Positions 26,227 through 39,182 of a stretch of DNA of 64,000 nucleotides are shown here, in pieces. Origin of the DNA: Raillietiella orientalis. Lineage: Eukaryota. Position 1 is the first letter of the stretch; each line of letters opens with the position of its first letter. A model generated the notes under the pieces. That model did no database searches. It had not been told where the DNA came from and saw only the letters and a list, made by a program, of their open reading frames with translations. Position numbers and translations under genes: made by a program. Where the stretch lies: contig JAYWIR010000023.1 of the NCBI GenBank assembly GCA_036172245.1, positions 2,418,001 through 2,482,000 of the forward strand, in the 5' to 3' direction.

Positions 26227-26266
26227 CTGAATCCAGAAATGCACACTTTTGCATTTCTGGATTCAG
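26227..26266. repeat. Perfect 17-bp inverted repeat with a 6-nt loop
   Basis: ctgaatccagaaatgca-cacttt-tgcatttctggattcag. Confidence 0.9.
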
Positions 26267-26805
26267 TTAACATTCTGTCTTATTATTGGCAATAAATATA
26301 CCACACAAGGGCTTTTATTTTACAAAATGAATATGGGCAAACTTAGAAAGTGAGAAAAAGGATAGCAAAAGTGTTTACAATTCCTATAATTGGTAAAATG
26401 ATGTAAATTAAATTAGGCTGTCTCACCAATTGTCCTTCTCTTCACTATTTATAAACCAAAATTAAAGATTTTGAAATATCACAAAAACCATACATACAGT
26501 TATCTAATTATTTAGCCATTTCCTCTTGCTTTGTTATCTGAAGAAGCATTTAGTAGGACTTACAAGACTGCACAAATAATAAGCCCACAATATTACTAAT
26601 GCTGCCATCATTGCCTACAAGAGAAACTAGTGATGCTTCACCACAGAATGCATTACTTGTCAATCTATCAATGCATGGATAAAAAAGCAAGATGCATAGG
26701 ATCTGTGATGGCATTGATTTTAATGCAATTTCTTCATTTGAAATAACAAAAGCATATGTAATAACAAAAATAACTAATAATTTATTCTTATTTACAGCTA
26801 TGGGA

Positions 26806-27484
26806 CTAGATTTCCTCTGTTGTAATTCGCTGCTGGATTCGTAAAAGAACTCTCTGCTCAAGTTTCTTCTGACGGCTGAATGTTAAAACAGTTGATACAA
26901 GAGCCAACAATAAAAATGCACTTTCCATTTTCCAAAATTGTTGCTGTGAAGCATAATGATCCACTTTACAGCTACAGGAAAACGGATTTTAGAATAAACT
27001 GAATAAGCTTCCTTACCTACGATACATCAGACCTGAAGTCTGGCATTTTATGAGCTCTTGGTGATCATGGCCTACACAAGAGAGTAATGTGGCATTCTTC
27101 CTTCCAAATTCTGAAATATGACAAAGCATGGTAATTGGTAGACAATGATTGCATCAATAAAATGATTTTTCCCACCCCTGTAATGTTACATCGAAAAATA
27201 CTTAAGGCTAAATACCTGTACAATTCTTACATGGTATTACAATGACATAATTTTCATATTTCCAACATGATTCCTTGTCATATGATTTATTTGCTTCAGA
27301 ATGTGTCACTTTGGCTCTTCGGTAACCTATATATTTATTGTCTAATGCAAATATAATTTCAAGTACAACAATCACAAATCCAATACTGTAAATACAAAAT
27401 CATGTGAAAACTATTGGAAATCACTTACGAAATTAGCGAAACGACAGCAATGATCATATGCTTTTTTGCACATAATTCAATCAT
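26806..27484 (-). CDS. JTB: Jumping translocation breakpoint protein (JTB) homolog, 161 aa, 4 exons
   Basis: Manual splicing: exons 27484-27429, 27385-27216, 27110-27017 and 26971-26806; GT-AG introns of 43, 105 and 45 nt with consistent phases. Protein MIELCAKKHMIIAVVSLISIGFVIVVLE...CWKYENYVIVIPCKNCTEF...CVGHDHQELIKCQTSGLMYRSCKV...QFWKMESAFLLLALVSTVLTFSRQKKLEQRVLLRIQQRI. It has the six-Cys ectodomain, FWKxE-TM and RQxxLxxR motifs of JTB. AATAAA at 26786-26781. Confidence 0.9.
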
Positions 27485-30400
27485 TCTGATGACGATACTC
27501 TGTAGTGTTCACCATATATATACTATATATGTACCTATACATATATATACTTGCACTATTTGTTTATGCACGTTTGCTTAACTTCTGTACACTTCATTTT
27601 GACATGTTTGACATAATGGCTCTCAGTGTCCTTCAAAGCAGTCTGCCAACTATGCAGTACTAATTAGAAATGGTGTACAATCATATGAAGCAAAAACATC
27701 AATGGAAAAACAAACTGTTGCCTTGCACACACTTTAAATCGCATGTTGCATCGCACAACAGTTCCGAGTACGTCTCTGAAAGTAACGTGGCCCTATTTAG
27801 TATTGCCTGCGATACGGTTTTTCAACTGGATGCATGGAAACTTTTTCTCATTATTGGCAATCATCTACTTTCCTCAAGTTTTCTTAAACCCGTAGCTTCC
27901 ACTCAAGAGCAAACATCAGCATATTCAGGACACTTCACTCGCTAGTCATGAATGAAGCATTCGGAGACACCCTTTTCCGCTTCGTTTTTCCACTCGAACA
28001 GCGTTCGAATCTTTTAACAATTGACTCGTCGCTTCCGACATCTTTTCCAGTGGATGATGTCTCTGCCCTGAATTAACATCATTTTGAAATCATATTGAAT
28101 TATTTTGTTTCTCTCCACTTTTAGACGAATTGACTGCGCGGAACTTACGAAAGGGGCGAATTTTTAGGTGTCGACGAGTCCATTCAGATGGCCAGCAATT
28201 TCGACGTGAAGCACAGATGGGAGATGCTCTCCTACAATCTGTCTGTCTGTTCAATACGAGCAATTTGTTAAACGTTTGTCTGTTTTGTCCAGAACATTTG
28301 TCGACTACTTTGTCAAAGCATTCTTAAAGAAACATTACTAACGCATTATTTAGTCCTTTAAGGCCAAATTTGAAATTAGAAATCACAAGGGCTCACATCA
28401 TTTCATTATGAACAACATAGTCGACTCGTCCTTTAGTTTGAGCTAGGATCCTAGAATTATGATTTCAAGTATGTCTTTGAATTTAGTGGATTGAACTAGC
28501 TACTCTTTCTCGACATATGAAATCCTGATGTCCTAAAAATCCATCAGTGCAACAAGCAATCGGTAAAACCCCAATAAAATTCATCCAAAATGACGTGTTT
28601 TAAGAATTGAAATGAAATTAAGGATTCTGATTCACATTGAAAACAATTCTTATGAAAGGATTGCATGCAAAAAATTGCATCCTTGTTTTTTTGAGAAAAA
28701 CTGATGTAAGAGGAAAAGGTTGCTTTAGTATCCTGTATGTAGTATCCAGAAATCATTCATTTGATGACATACATCTATAGAAAATCGTATTCAGTGAATT
28801 ATAGAGGTCAGATTATCGATTCGAAAAATCAAAATATCGTTCTTCAGATGTGCAAATGAACCCTTGAAACTATAACCATAATTTTAAAACTGAAAGTGTA
28901 TCCAAATTTTTATACAGTTTGTTTATATACATATATATGTAAGAATTTAAATACAAATTAATTAATATGTCTATTGCTGAATCAAAGAGGCTACATGTTT
29001 GATATCCATATTGTTATGATGTATAAAGAATCTGGAACACCTTGATTAAAACAGAATCTTCATACATACCACGTCTTAAAATTTAGTTTATTACTTAGTT
29101 CTTCCATGTGTTTCCCAAAATTGATGGTTTAAGGAAAACAGCTTTCTTAAAATAATATGAATCATGCGATATAGTTTTTTTCTCTTTTTTCTACATGCCA
29201 ATTTTCCTTGAAACACATCTCTCATATTATTTGAACTTTCAGAGTTTGCAAATGCGTTCGTTTGAGCTATCAAAATGTATTTCATTAGTCTAAACTAATA
29301 TTTTGTATTTCCTGATGAGTACTTTCATAGCTTTTCAAGAATTAAAAGAAAGTAAGGCTTTTTCATCAAATTTGTTTTTTTCATTTTTAATCCTTAAGCA
29401 TTTTCTTTCCTACTTAACGTTCTTTAGTCTTGATATTCTAAGAAATGTAGAGTATTTTCCTGATATAATGCTCGATACTTGGGATACATGGATCTGAGAA
29501 ACCATCTAAACTTACTCAGCACCATGATTTACGAATAATTTTCCTAGAAGCATTCAAAATGAGAACTTCCACACCTGAAGTGAAGCTCTGAGAGCTAATC
29601 TAGTAACAGTGGTGAAGAACACAACTCTGAATTGACAAATAGACATTTTCATTTTAGAGTCATGAAGATTTTTTGTCTTTAACAAACACATTCTTAATAT
29701 TGCACTTACTATTGCTAGATAGCAATGCAGCTGCAATACTACTGCAATACAATCGGCAGCCGAGATTCTAGTCATTTTATTGCCTTACGAATCATTTTTC
29801 TACGATCGACTTTCATAGCTCCAAATTTTTTTGCTTTTAATTATTGTAAGAATATTAAGAAAGGGCGAGAAATCATTTTCTACGTTAAAACAGAACTGAA
29901 AATATTTTCAACTTGTCAATGTAGGTGAAACTTGGAAAGTAAATTGTAAAGGTGCATTCCTTTTTTTTTGTTTTTTCCTAATCTGGGATTAAAGCGATAA
30001 ACTAACCGATCATTCGAGCTTGTACTTTTCAAGAAACGCTCTACAAACCTTTAATAAAACGTTTAGGTACTTCTCTTGAAAATCTGTGAACAGTTAGAAA
30101 ACATCCTAGCTGTCTAATTTATAATTGTCACTCCAACTGAGATGATAATAAAAACAAAGCCCGTCTGAAGACTCGGTCCTAACTTAATTCATTTTCGAAA
30201 TACATCTTCCTAAAGTAATTAAGGAACTTTTGTTGTAAAGCTAATGCTTTCCAAATAGAGATCTTTGATCTGATTTCTTGCCCCTCGTGGAAGATGCCTG
30301 ATTAGATGTCGTAAACGCTGTTTGTAAATGACTTATTTTCACAAAATTATGTATCTATTGTTTGCTGGAGAAGAAAATGGGAACTCTTTTTCAATATTGG

Positions 30401-31754
30401 GAACTCTGTGTCGCTATGATGAAGTGCCAACAGTATCATGATAATGAATACTAGATGAGGAGTACATATCTTTACGTAAAATACATATCTGGAGCTCAAA
30501 CATCATTATGCTACACTGAGGAAATTATCCTTTGAAAATCTGCAAATTCTCTTTTCATAATGAACTTTCTAACCGTAACTGTCTGTGTTACATCAATGTT
30601 TACATGTTTACATACTCTGAACAAAATGATTATTTGAGCCGCCTGCTACATAACTGACTTTCGATACACAGATGCTCCGTTGTTTCAGAAATGTCGATTA
30701 CAGAAACTCAGGATAGAAGGTTTCTGCAATCTAGGGGAATGTTCGAAAACAGTGCGTACACAGACTTAGTTTTGTTGCTTCCCAGTGTATCAGGAACTCA
30801 TCTCAACAATATGCTGTGGATTTGCAGTCTTCAGTGTGATTTGATGAACGATTTGTTTTTGTTTTACATTTACGTGTTTGGTGATTTCATGATTTCAAAT
30901 ATTGTTTTTTGTTTAATTGTCTGCCCTTCAGACAGTTTGTATACTACTTTATTTTATTTCTTTCTAGGTATAGGAGGAAGCAGAAAATGGCACTTATTTT
31001 TGTTTGTTTTTTCTAGCAGTTTTCATAAGTGTCTTGGGATTCTGTGTAGCTCAAAACCCTTTATAAAATATTTTTATTATCGTAAAAGAGATCTCTCCCA
31101 TCCTTGCATAGTTCTAGTTGAAATGTGTTTTATCTTGCATGAACTTGTTTCTTAGATTGCATACACATAGTCTGATTGTAATCCATTTCCTAATCCCAAG
31201 GGAAAGGTGAGGTTTGCTTTTATTTCTTCCTATGGAGCAAAGAAGCAAAAATAATATGCACTTAGACAAAAAAAGCTTTAGATGAATTTCAGTAAAATCC
31301 CAGTTTTCATACAACCTTGGCACAAACATGATTGTAGTTACATCTACTGCAGTGCAGCATTTCATCCTAGTAACATCATAACAATTGCAGCACTGGCGCA
31401 CTCTTAGTAAATTAGCCCATTGGACAAAAAAAACTGTGCATATGCAAATCTTTTATTGTAAATTTAAATCATTAATGTATTTAAAATAAATCATTTCAAA
31501 ACAATGATCTGATAATCTCCAACAAATCTGAGGTAATTTGTTTCTGCAAACAACTTTGGAGAAGGAAATTTCCAACATAGTCCATATACATGTTTTCTTG
31601 TTACTGACATTCTTTCTGATACAGATGTTGAGTGACTAGCTACTCTTGTGAACTCTTGGGTTCCCAATCAGACATTGCAAAATTGGAGCTATTTCCTTAA
31701 TACAATGCCATCAGAAGTATTGGTTAGATACTGTCTGCATTGTACAGAGATTGT

Positions 31755-34556
31755 TCATCTGCGGTAACGATAGCGCTTAAAGTGAAACCAAAGCTGAAAA
31801 ATATTGTTTTGAAATTGACAACGAAAGCCCCGCTTGTAAGAATATTCCCATTCTCGATTAACAATTTTGAAGGCAATATCTTCATAAGGTGGTCCTGCTT
31901 GGAATTTCAGAATTGCAAAATCTTTGTCATCACATGGAATCTAAAAAAGTTAAAATTTGGATAGAAGTTAATCTTACAAGTGTATACTGTGGCGTATCAT
32001 CTTTGTCAATAAGATCTGGATAAAAGATGTTGAACTTATATCCTTGAACAATTTTGGGTGGTGGATTGTCCATATCATAATGAGTCTGATTGTATTTATT
32101 CCACTCAAAACCTGTATGCACTCTGAGGTAGAAGAATCACACACCATTTCCAGCTATCTTGAACTCACCTATTAAAATAGCGTGGTTTCCGTGGTCTATA
32201 CTTATCAGACCACATATAAGATTTCTGTTCCAGGGGAGCTTCTACTGAAAATACTGCTTCATCATCAGTCATTCCTTTCTTTGCTTCTCTCTGTAACACT
32301 TTTTCCTCAGCAGTAAGAATGTTCTATAATTAGCTAAGTGATATCTGAATGAGATAAATTACAAACTTCTGGTCGGTGAGTAACACCAAACAGCTGTTGT
32401 CGTGCCAGATCCAACAATTTCCGATCTTCCTCTTCTGATAAAACAAATGCGCCCATTTCCAATGTGACAGGATCAATGAGCTGAGGGCTATACTGGCCAA
32501 CCTCATAGGCCAAGATGCTTCTTTCTACAGCTGAATTACATTCTGCTTCATCACTGGAACTAGAAAAAAATCTTTTACATGTTATTCTGTGAAATGTAAT
32601 ATGCAGAAAATGCACTGTGGCTATACTCTGCAGACATTAGTTCACATGCACATTAGTGGAAAGTCTCAAAAGCCCAAGAACTTACTCTTACTGAAGAATC
32701 ATGGAACATAATTTTTCAGAACTACCTGTTGTGTTCATCATCCTGCATTTCTTGTCCTTTCAGTCCTTCTGTTTCTGTCTCTAAATTTATAATGTTGTCT
32801 TTTGGTTCAGAAGTCTCTAGGCTTGAGCTTTCTGTAGAAGCAGACTGCATCCACTGCTGGGCTCTCAATTGTTGCAGTTTCATTTTTAAGTTGTGTTGAT
32901 GCCTTTCTCTAAGTCGAATGCGAGCCATGTGAGCTACAGTGTACAACTGCATGATTATGGCTAAAGAATCCAGCTCACCATTAAGCTGAGATAATACAGA
33001 TTCCCAGTAGCTAACATCTGTGCCCTCCACTGGACTATCTATTTTTGTGCTTATTGACTGTTGCATTTCAAGAAGCTGCTGGTAAGTTTTATTCTTGAAA
33101 ATGGAAGAAACTTCCTTTGCCACCGATGTATGAATGCCTTCATGCCTCATGGCCACTACACCACCCTCATTTCAGTTCTTACACAACTCACCCTGATCAG
33201 CACGTTCAAGAGCTTCTTGTCGCCGCAATTTAACCAACTCATCTTCCACAATAGTAGTCATGTCATTCCAGAAATCAAGATTCTTCCCATGTTCCAGTTG
33301 TTTATATACCTGTGGAATAGTATTACTGTAATTTCTCATTTCTTATTTTCAACAGTTAAAAGTGCATGTTTCTCAATAACTACTGCACTTATTTCTTTAG
33401 ATACAAAATGGCGAAATTTGTGATGGCAAACTAATTAAACTCTTTCTTCATGTAAGATGTTACATACACAGTCTATTATTGGTTTTACATACAGATCTTA
33501 AAACCACACCTTGATATCCTCAACAAGGTCTTCCAAATCCGACAAAGCTAAGCTAGATAAGAAAATATATGGCTCATGCATTTCCACAGCATCCATGTCA
33601 TCTTCAGCAGAGATGTATTTGGCCAGCAAATCAATAGGTTTGGCTGTAGACTAATGAAATAGTCTCTCATTCGTCCCAAAGTCTTTGTACCTCTTCCATC
33701 TTGAATGCGAATCCTGGACCTCAAACATGCTTGTTGCAAATGGAAATTATCTTCCTGTTTTTCCCATTCTCTGAAATAAGCAGCCTCCTTTTGTCGCTGT
33801 AGTCTAGCTTCTTCTTCTTCTCTCATGGCTCTCTCTGCTTCCTGCTGCTGCCGTCTCTTCTTTACTTTCTCTAATTCTCTCTAAAAATATATTATTCTGT
33901 ACTTGCTGGACTTGTTTTGCTTTGTTTTTTTGTTTACCTTATTTTCATCTTGTTTCATCCTGCTGCACCTTTCCAGCTCATCTTTGGTCAAACTGTCAAG
34001 GCCCAACTTCTCTAACTTTTTCTTCCACACAAAAGTATCCAGTAAGTTGCTATCCCCAAATGGATTGTCTGCATTGGTGTAATTTAAATAATCACTATCC
34101 CAGCCCATTCGCTCTTTTCTTTTACGTTCCTTCAATTCTTTTTTAATTAATCTTCGAAGCCGTTTCTCTTCAGGAGTTTCTAAAGATTTTTTTAATTCCT
34201 TTTCTTTTTTTCTCTCTTCTAAATAACGCTTCCTCTCGGCTTCTAGTCTTTCCAGGAGTTGAGAAGTTCCATCTGAAGAAGATGAGGTACATGAACTAAA
34301 AAAATCGAAACTTTGATTTTCTTAACTACCATGAAATTTACTATGATACATTATTTCGTTATTCCTGAACTCATACTTATTAATTCTATCATGATACATG
34401 CACTTATGACTTAGAAATGATACATTTACATATCAAAATATATAATAAATACCTTGTATCATCTGAATGGTAATGCTTTCCAGAAGAACTATGTGTACCT
34501 CCCTGTTTCTTATGCTCTTTTTGCTTAGTTTTGGATTTTACTTTACTCTTTCCCAT
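31755..34556 (-). CDS. Cactin: Cactin (spliceosome C* factor), 655 aa, 11 exons
   Basis: Exons 34556-34453, 34295-33938, 33880-33691, 33643-33510, 33309-33192, 33155-32979, 32933-32726, 32559-32367, 32323-32169, 32122-31978 and 31940-31755; all GT-AG and phase-consistent, 1968 nt in total. Motifs YTNADNPFGD, RIRIQDGRAKPIDLLAKY, KYRPRKPRYFNRVHTGFEWNKYNQTHYD, GPPYEDIAFKIVNREWEY and C-terminal FKRYRYRR. AATAAA at ~31457-31452. The first exon is the least certain. Confidence 0.96.
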
Positions 34557-35549
34557 ATTAGCACAGAAAATTTACCAGAAACATGTGCTCCTCAACGCTT
34601 ACTTCGCGTCAGATCAGTAAGATCAAGTAACTGTAATCAGTATTGCCAACTTTGAATTAAACTAAAATGCAAAGAGATTATTCAAAGAATCTATTATTTA
34701 AAGTATAAAATCCAAATCAATGAAATTTAAAGGTGAAAAGGTTAATTATGAAGAAATTTAAGTTTTATCTGTGCATTTATTTTAGAATTACAATGAAGAT
34801 ACTAATACACCTAATTTGCGAAACCATTGAACTCTCGCCTGCATACTCGTGTGCAAATGTTTACGAATTCAAAAAGTGAGTTACTTGGTAGATCATTCAT
34901 CAGGTACTCTTTAAATCACTTTTTAAATAGAACATGATGAATGCTCTATTGTTTCCTTCCAACATGTCCACTGGATTCATTACTTGTATGGGGTTTATTT
35001 TCGAAAATGAAAGATAAAATAAAATGTAATAAAATGCAAAATCTCCATTTGGATAGAATTCACTTGCATTAAATTCGGTTCTGTTAAAATTCTCACGGAT
35101 TCAAGTATTTCGCATGCGGAGAATTTTGGAGCTTTTCTGTTTCCTAACAACATCAAGAAAACCAGTGGAAATCGTTCAAGAAGAGCTCAAATTATGGAAC
35201 AAAACAGACCTTCACAAATTTCATGTATTTGCTACGGTTTTTTATGGCATTCCTTTTACTTCAACGAAATTCTAGATATACATTTCGAATAAGGACTCGA
35301 AATTGATATATGAAATCATACATGTCAAAAACTTTCCCAATCAAGGAGTATAGGTTCTCAGTCATGAAAAATCATTGAATCTGAGAAAACAAAATATAAT
35401 TTGAAAAACGCTAAATCACGAGAAGATATATTAAAATACAGAAAGAAACATCAGAATACAGCTAAGCACATGATGAAGGTGAACAATCATGTTTAAAAAT
35501 TATTGCTAATTCTGGGAAGGCTCCTGGTGATTATAATTTCAATAAATCG

Positions 35550-36350
35550 ACTGTAAGTATTATGCTATGATGCATTATGCCTCTGCTGAAAAGATTAACA
35601 AATGTAAGCTGCTTGAATGTTGCGACATACTTTAAAAATGAAATGAAAATTAAACTTACTTTCAAACTCCATTGTGCCTAATAGCATTTCATCATCCCTC
35701 TGAACTCTTTTTTGTTTCGGAATCAAACTTGGTCTCTTTCATTTCTATGTACAATCCAATCCACTTTTGAATTTCTCTTTACTGATATATATTGAGCTTC
35801 GGATACATAAAGCATTTTTGTTTCACCTTGGTTGATATACCATATCAAACGATGAAGAGGAATTTTAGCATTGAAACCTTTCTTTAGCCCAGCGAGCCTT
35901 CAGAAGATTTGTTATCACACAGTGAGATCATACTAAACTATTATTTAAAGATTTCTCAAGCTCACGAGAGAAACCCAAAAGTTGGAGTGAATCACACGTT
36001 TTGCACTAAACTTGCCATTGATCTGGTAACTTGTACAGGTTTATTCCATCTATTCTAACTCGTTTAAAGACTTTGTGACTTCATTTATTGTTTGAGCTAG
36101 CTGGCCGTTGCATTTCATCATTTGCAAAAAGGAACTAATTCTGTGATTCTCAAAGGAAGGTTTCTGTTTTTCGAGTGTATGTTCCTTCTGTTACTGAATT
36201 GTGAATTTCTTCCAGTTGCAGTTATTTTAGAGTGAAGTGAATGGTGGAGATTTCGATCCACGAATCGAAACCATTAACATCTACCAATAACTAAAGAATT
36301 TCGAGTCTGGAAAGTTCTGGAAAGTTCGTTTTGGATGTTTCGATTGAATT
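35550..36350 (-). mobile_element. Highly decayed RTE-like LINE RT
   Basis: FDMVSTKVKQKCFMYPKL near 35850-35800 resembles the GVKQGCxxSPxLF RT motif. Confidence 0.3.
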
Positions 36351-38942
36351 GACCTGGTTTCTTCTTTGGTGCTCTTTCACAGTGACACATTTCCTAAAAT
36401 GCATTTTCTCTGATGCAGTAAAGTGGAGAAAAGTTCGGAAAAGGATGTTGTATTTCTTTGTTTTATTGTAAACCGATCAAAACGTGGTTTGTGAGCACAG
36501 GTCTTACTTCGAGTCAGGCACATTCTTGTTAAGATGAAAATTTGGAATTCTGCAAGAATTTTCATTCTAATAGCTTGCTAAGGTCGATTGTTTTCAAGGG
36601 TTTGAGAGAAAACAGAATCAATCATAATCTTTTATTCACTGTAAATATCCTGCATTTATTCTTGCACTCTGGTGTATGAATAAAAGCAACATATTTGCAG
36701 CAACCGTAAAAAGGTGACTTCATTTATCCGGAGATTTCTTCACGGATCCATTTCATGTAGCAGGCCTCAGAAACCACTTAGTTCCTTGAGTAACAGCCAC
36801 TTCTTCAAATGGTCAGCTGAGGGAGCCTCTCAGTCAAAGAGTTAACTTATTCGGCGTCTGAGTTATGACAAATGTGACCTCTAAGCCCACAACTTATTAT
36901 TAGCATTCCACATTTACAAAAAAAAAATAAGCTTATCCCCATTCTTCAACTAATTAATAATTAAAAATATTAATTTGTCAGCATATCACCCACAAATAAT
37001 GCTCAACCATATTTTGTTACACACAGCAATAACTTTATTTAACTCAATCCCATTATGCTCTGTGCCGTGCATCTGCATTTCCTAAAAATCACTAAATTCA
37101 TAGCTTTCGCCCCTGTATTCGAATGCAAATCACCTTCAGTGAAGATTGGTATTTTAGTCAGGATGGCCATGCCATGGCTCACTTAAGTCCGCCCCAAATT
37201 TTTTTTGCAGGTCAGCTGGAAATTCAAAACAATTTTAAAAATGTTCCGGAAGCAGGTCTATAGGGAAGTGATTGCAGGATAAGATCTAAAAATTCCGCTC
37301 AATCCGGATACACACGTTCCCACCCATTGCACATTCAAGATGCACCCAGGTAGTTTTTCTCACAGAAGTTCAGGCAACCTACAAAAAGCGCTCCTACCTC
37401 AGCAGAGCGTGCATGAGTTTTGGCAGCACGCCCAAACTGCGGATGCACCAACGGTGGACAGTTATCCAGCAGGGCCTTAGGGTGCACCAAGAGCGAGTGC
37501 CCCAACCGTCCTGAAAGAACCCGAAGGACTTACTATCTGAAAAGCCGCGCGAGTGGAGAAAAGAGAGCAAGCACAGTAGACGGTCAGTGGCGAGTCAAGA
37601 GAGCACATGGAGAAGCAAAGAAGCTTCGGAAAACCCGAGCTCTTCCAGGAATCCTGCAAACGAAGGGAGTAAGGGTAAGTCCCCACAAACACACCCCAGA
37701 GTCCCAGGTAGCGATGCACCAAGCGCAACGCACCCATCGGGAAAGAGCATTCTTTTTCAATGAGTCCGCGCAACCTATAACCCGCCGTCCAGCAACGCGT
37801 TATCGTCCACGCAAGACAAAAACAGGTTCGAGAGAGTGATATGCTTCCAAGGAGCTTGTAATTTCCCCACTGCAAAATGGAAGTGCCGCCGACCTCGACA
37901 AGTACGGAGGCAAAGACCGTGGGATATAAGACCCTGAGAATTCGCTTCTCTCTATGACCCGTCATCAAGGACTTAGAGTGCGCGGATTTCACGGAACAGT
38001 GAACACGCTCCCCAAGTAGTAGGTCGAGGCACCCCAGTAGGTTGAGGAAGACGATAAAATCATGGGCAACACGACGAAATTGCGGACCCAAACGAAGACT
38101 CCTGAACTGACCAAAGCGTCAGGTGTGATGAAAGATATATGAGAGTTTTTCCAGAAGTCAATTGACAAAGGAGGTGCACTTGAAGAATCGATGTATAGGT
38201 GCACCTATCCATCGAGAAGTGAAAGTGAGTTTGCTACTGCAGAGAATCCATCTTGTAATGTGGAATGCGAATGGGTGGAGGAAGTCCATAAGGCATCGGG
38301 AAGCATCCAACCATTCAGATGTGTTGGCAGTGCATGCCTTTTAGAGAAGCATAAGTTGTCCCAGGTCATGGAAGAGTCTCAACAGTCCAGGAGCTCGTAA
38401 CTCTTCATCAATCAGAGAATGCGACTTAGGAAGGGCGTGTCTCTCTCCACCAAGAACGAGCTCGCAGACTCCATCTCAAAGTGCTTAACTAGCGAGTTTA
38501 AGAAATCAGTGAAACTACGGATGCTGGTCAGCAAACCTTTACTTCTTCCTGGCAAAGGTGTACAGGCCAAGGCATAGACGGAGAAACCACGAAAACCATC
38601 GTGACCACGTAGCTTGCAACGAGGGTTATTCGGCCCACGGCGACCTGGTGAGCACAATCTTTCGTTCTGTCATCAAGAAGTTCGACTATAAAAACATGGT
38701 TTAAAGGGCATAAGAGTTTAGGTGCATCACAAGGACCGTGCTCTCTGCCGGGTATACGAGGCATCGTCCAACATTATAAACTGATCACTGCAAAACGAAG
38801 TTGTCGATATGGGTGTTTCTTCGTGATGCACCACAAAATTAAAATGACGGATATGAAGTCCGGCGCACTCTGAATAGGAAAACTCGACCGTCTAGCGTCT
38901 CACTGCAGTGTCTCAGACGCGAACGCTGTCTTCTACGAGCGC

Positions 38943-39182
38943 TTACACACTCATCTTCTTTAATATCATGTTATTAGCCGCTCCCTCGATCGTTTAGAAA
39001 TCAACTTTTGGGAAGGTTTTCCAGAATCCTGTCTTCTGGGACCACAACCGATTGTGCGGGCTTCTGATACCGTGCAGAATTCTCGCCACGTCGAATCCCG
39101 ACCACGTTTTGTACTCCATGTGCCTGTCAAGGAATTGCTTCACAGCAAGTTCAAGTTCCTCTTCGACCTCGGGTTCATTTGC
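38943..39182 (-). pseudogene. RECQL4/RecQ4 C-terminal-domain-like fragment with one in-frame stop
   Basis: ANEPEVEEELELAVKQFLDRHMEYKTWSGFDVARILHGIRSPHNRLWSQKTGFWKTFPKVDF*TIEGAANNMILKKMSV* resembles the recalled RecQ4 tail (QFL...SxRxVARIFHGIxSP...FW...xxF). Confidence 0.6.

Noticed and set aside
30733..30855. Two-hairpin H/ACA snoRNA-like fold on the + strand
   Set aside because: There is no ANANNA H box in the hinge, and ACG replaces ACA. A snoGPS/Infernal hit would be needed.
30691..31490. Plus-strand spliced gene convergent with cactin
   Set aside because: Splice-like sites and an AATAAA (31485) exist, but the joined ~64-aa peptide is unrecognisable. It cannot be supported without RNA data.
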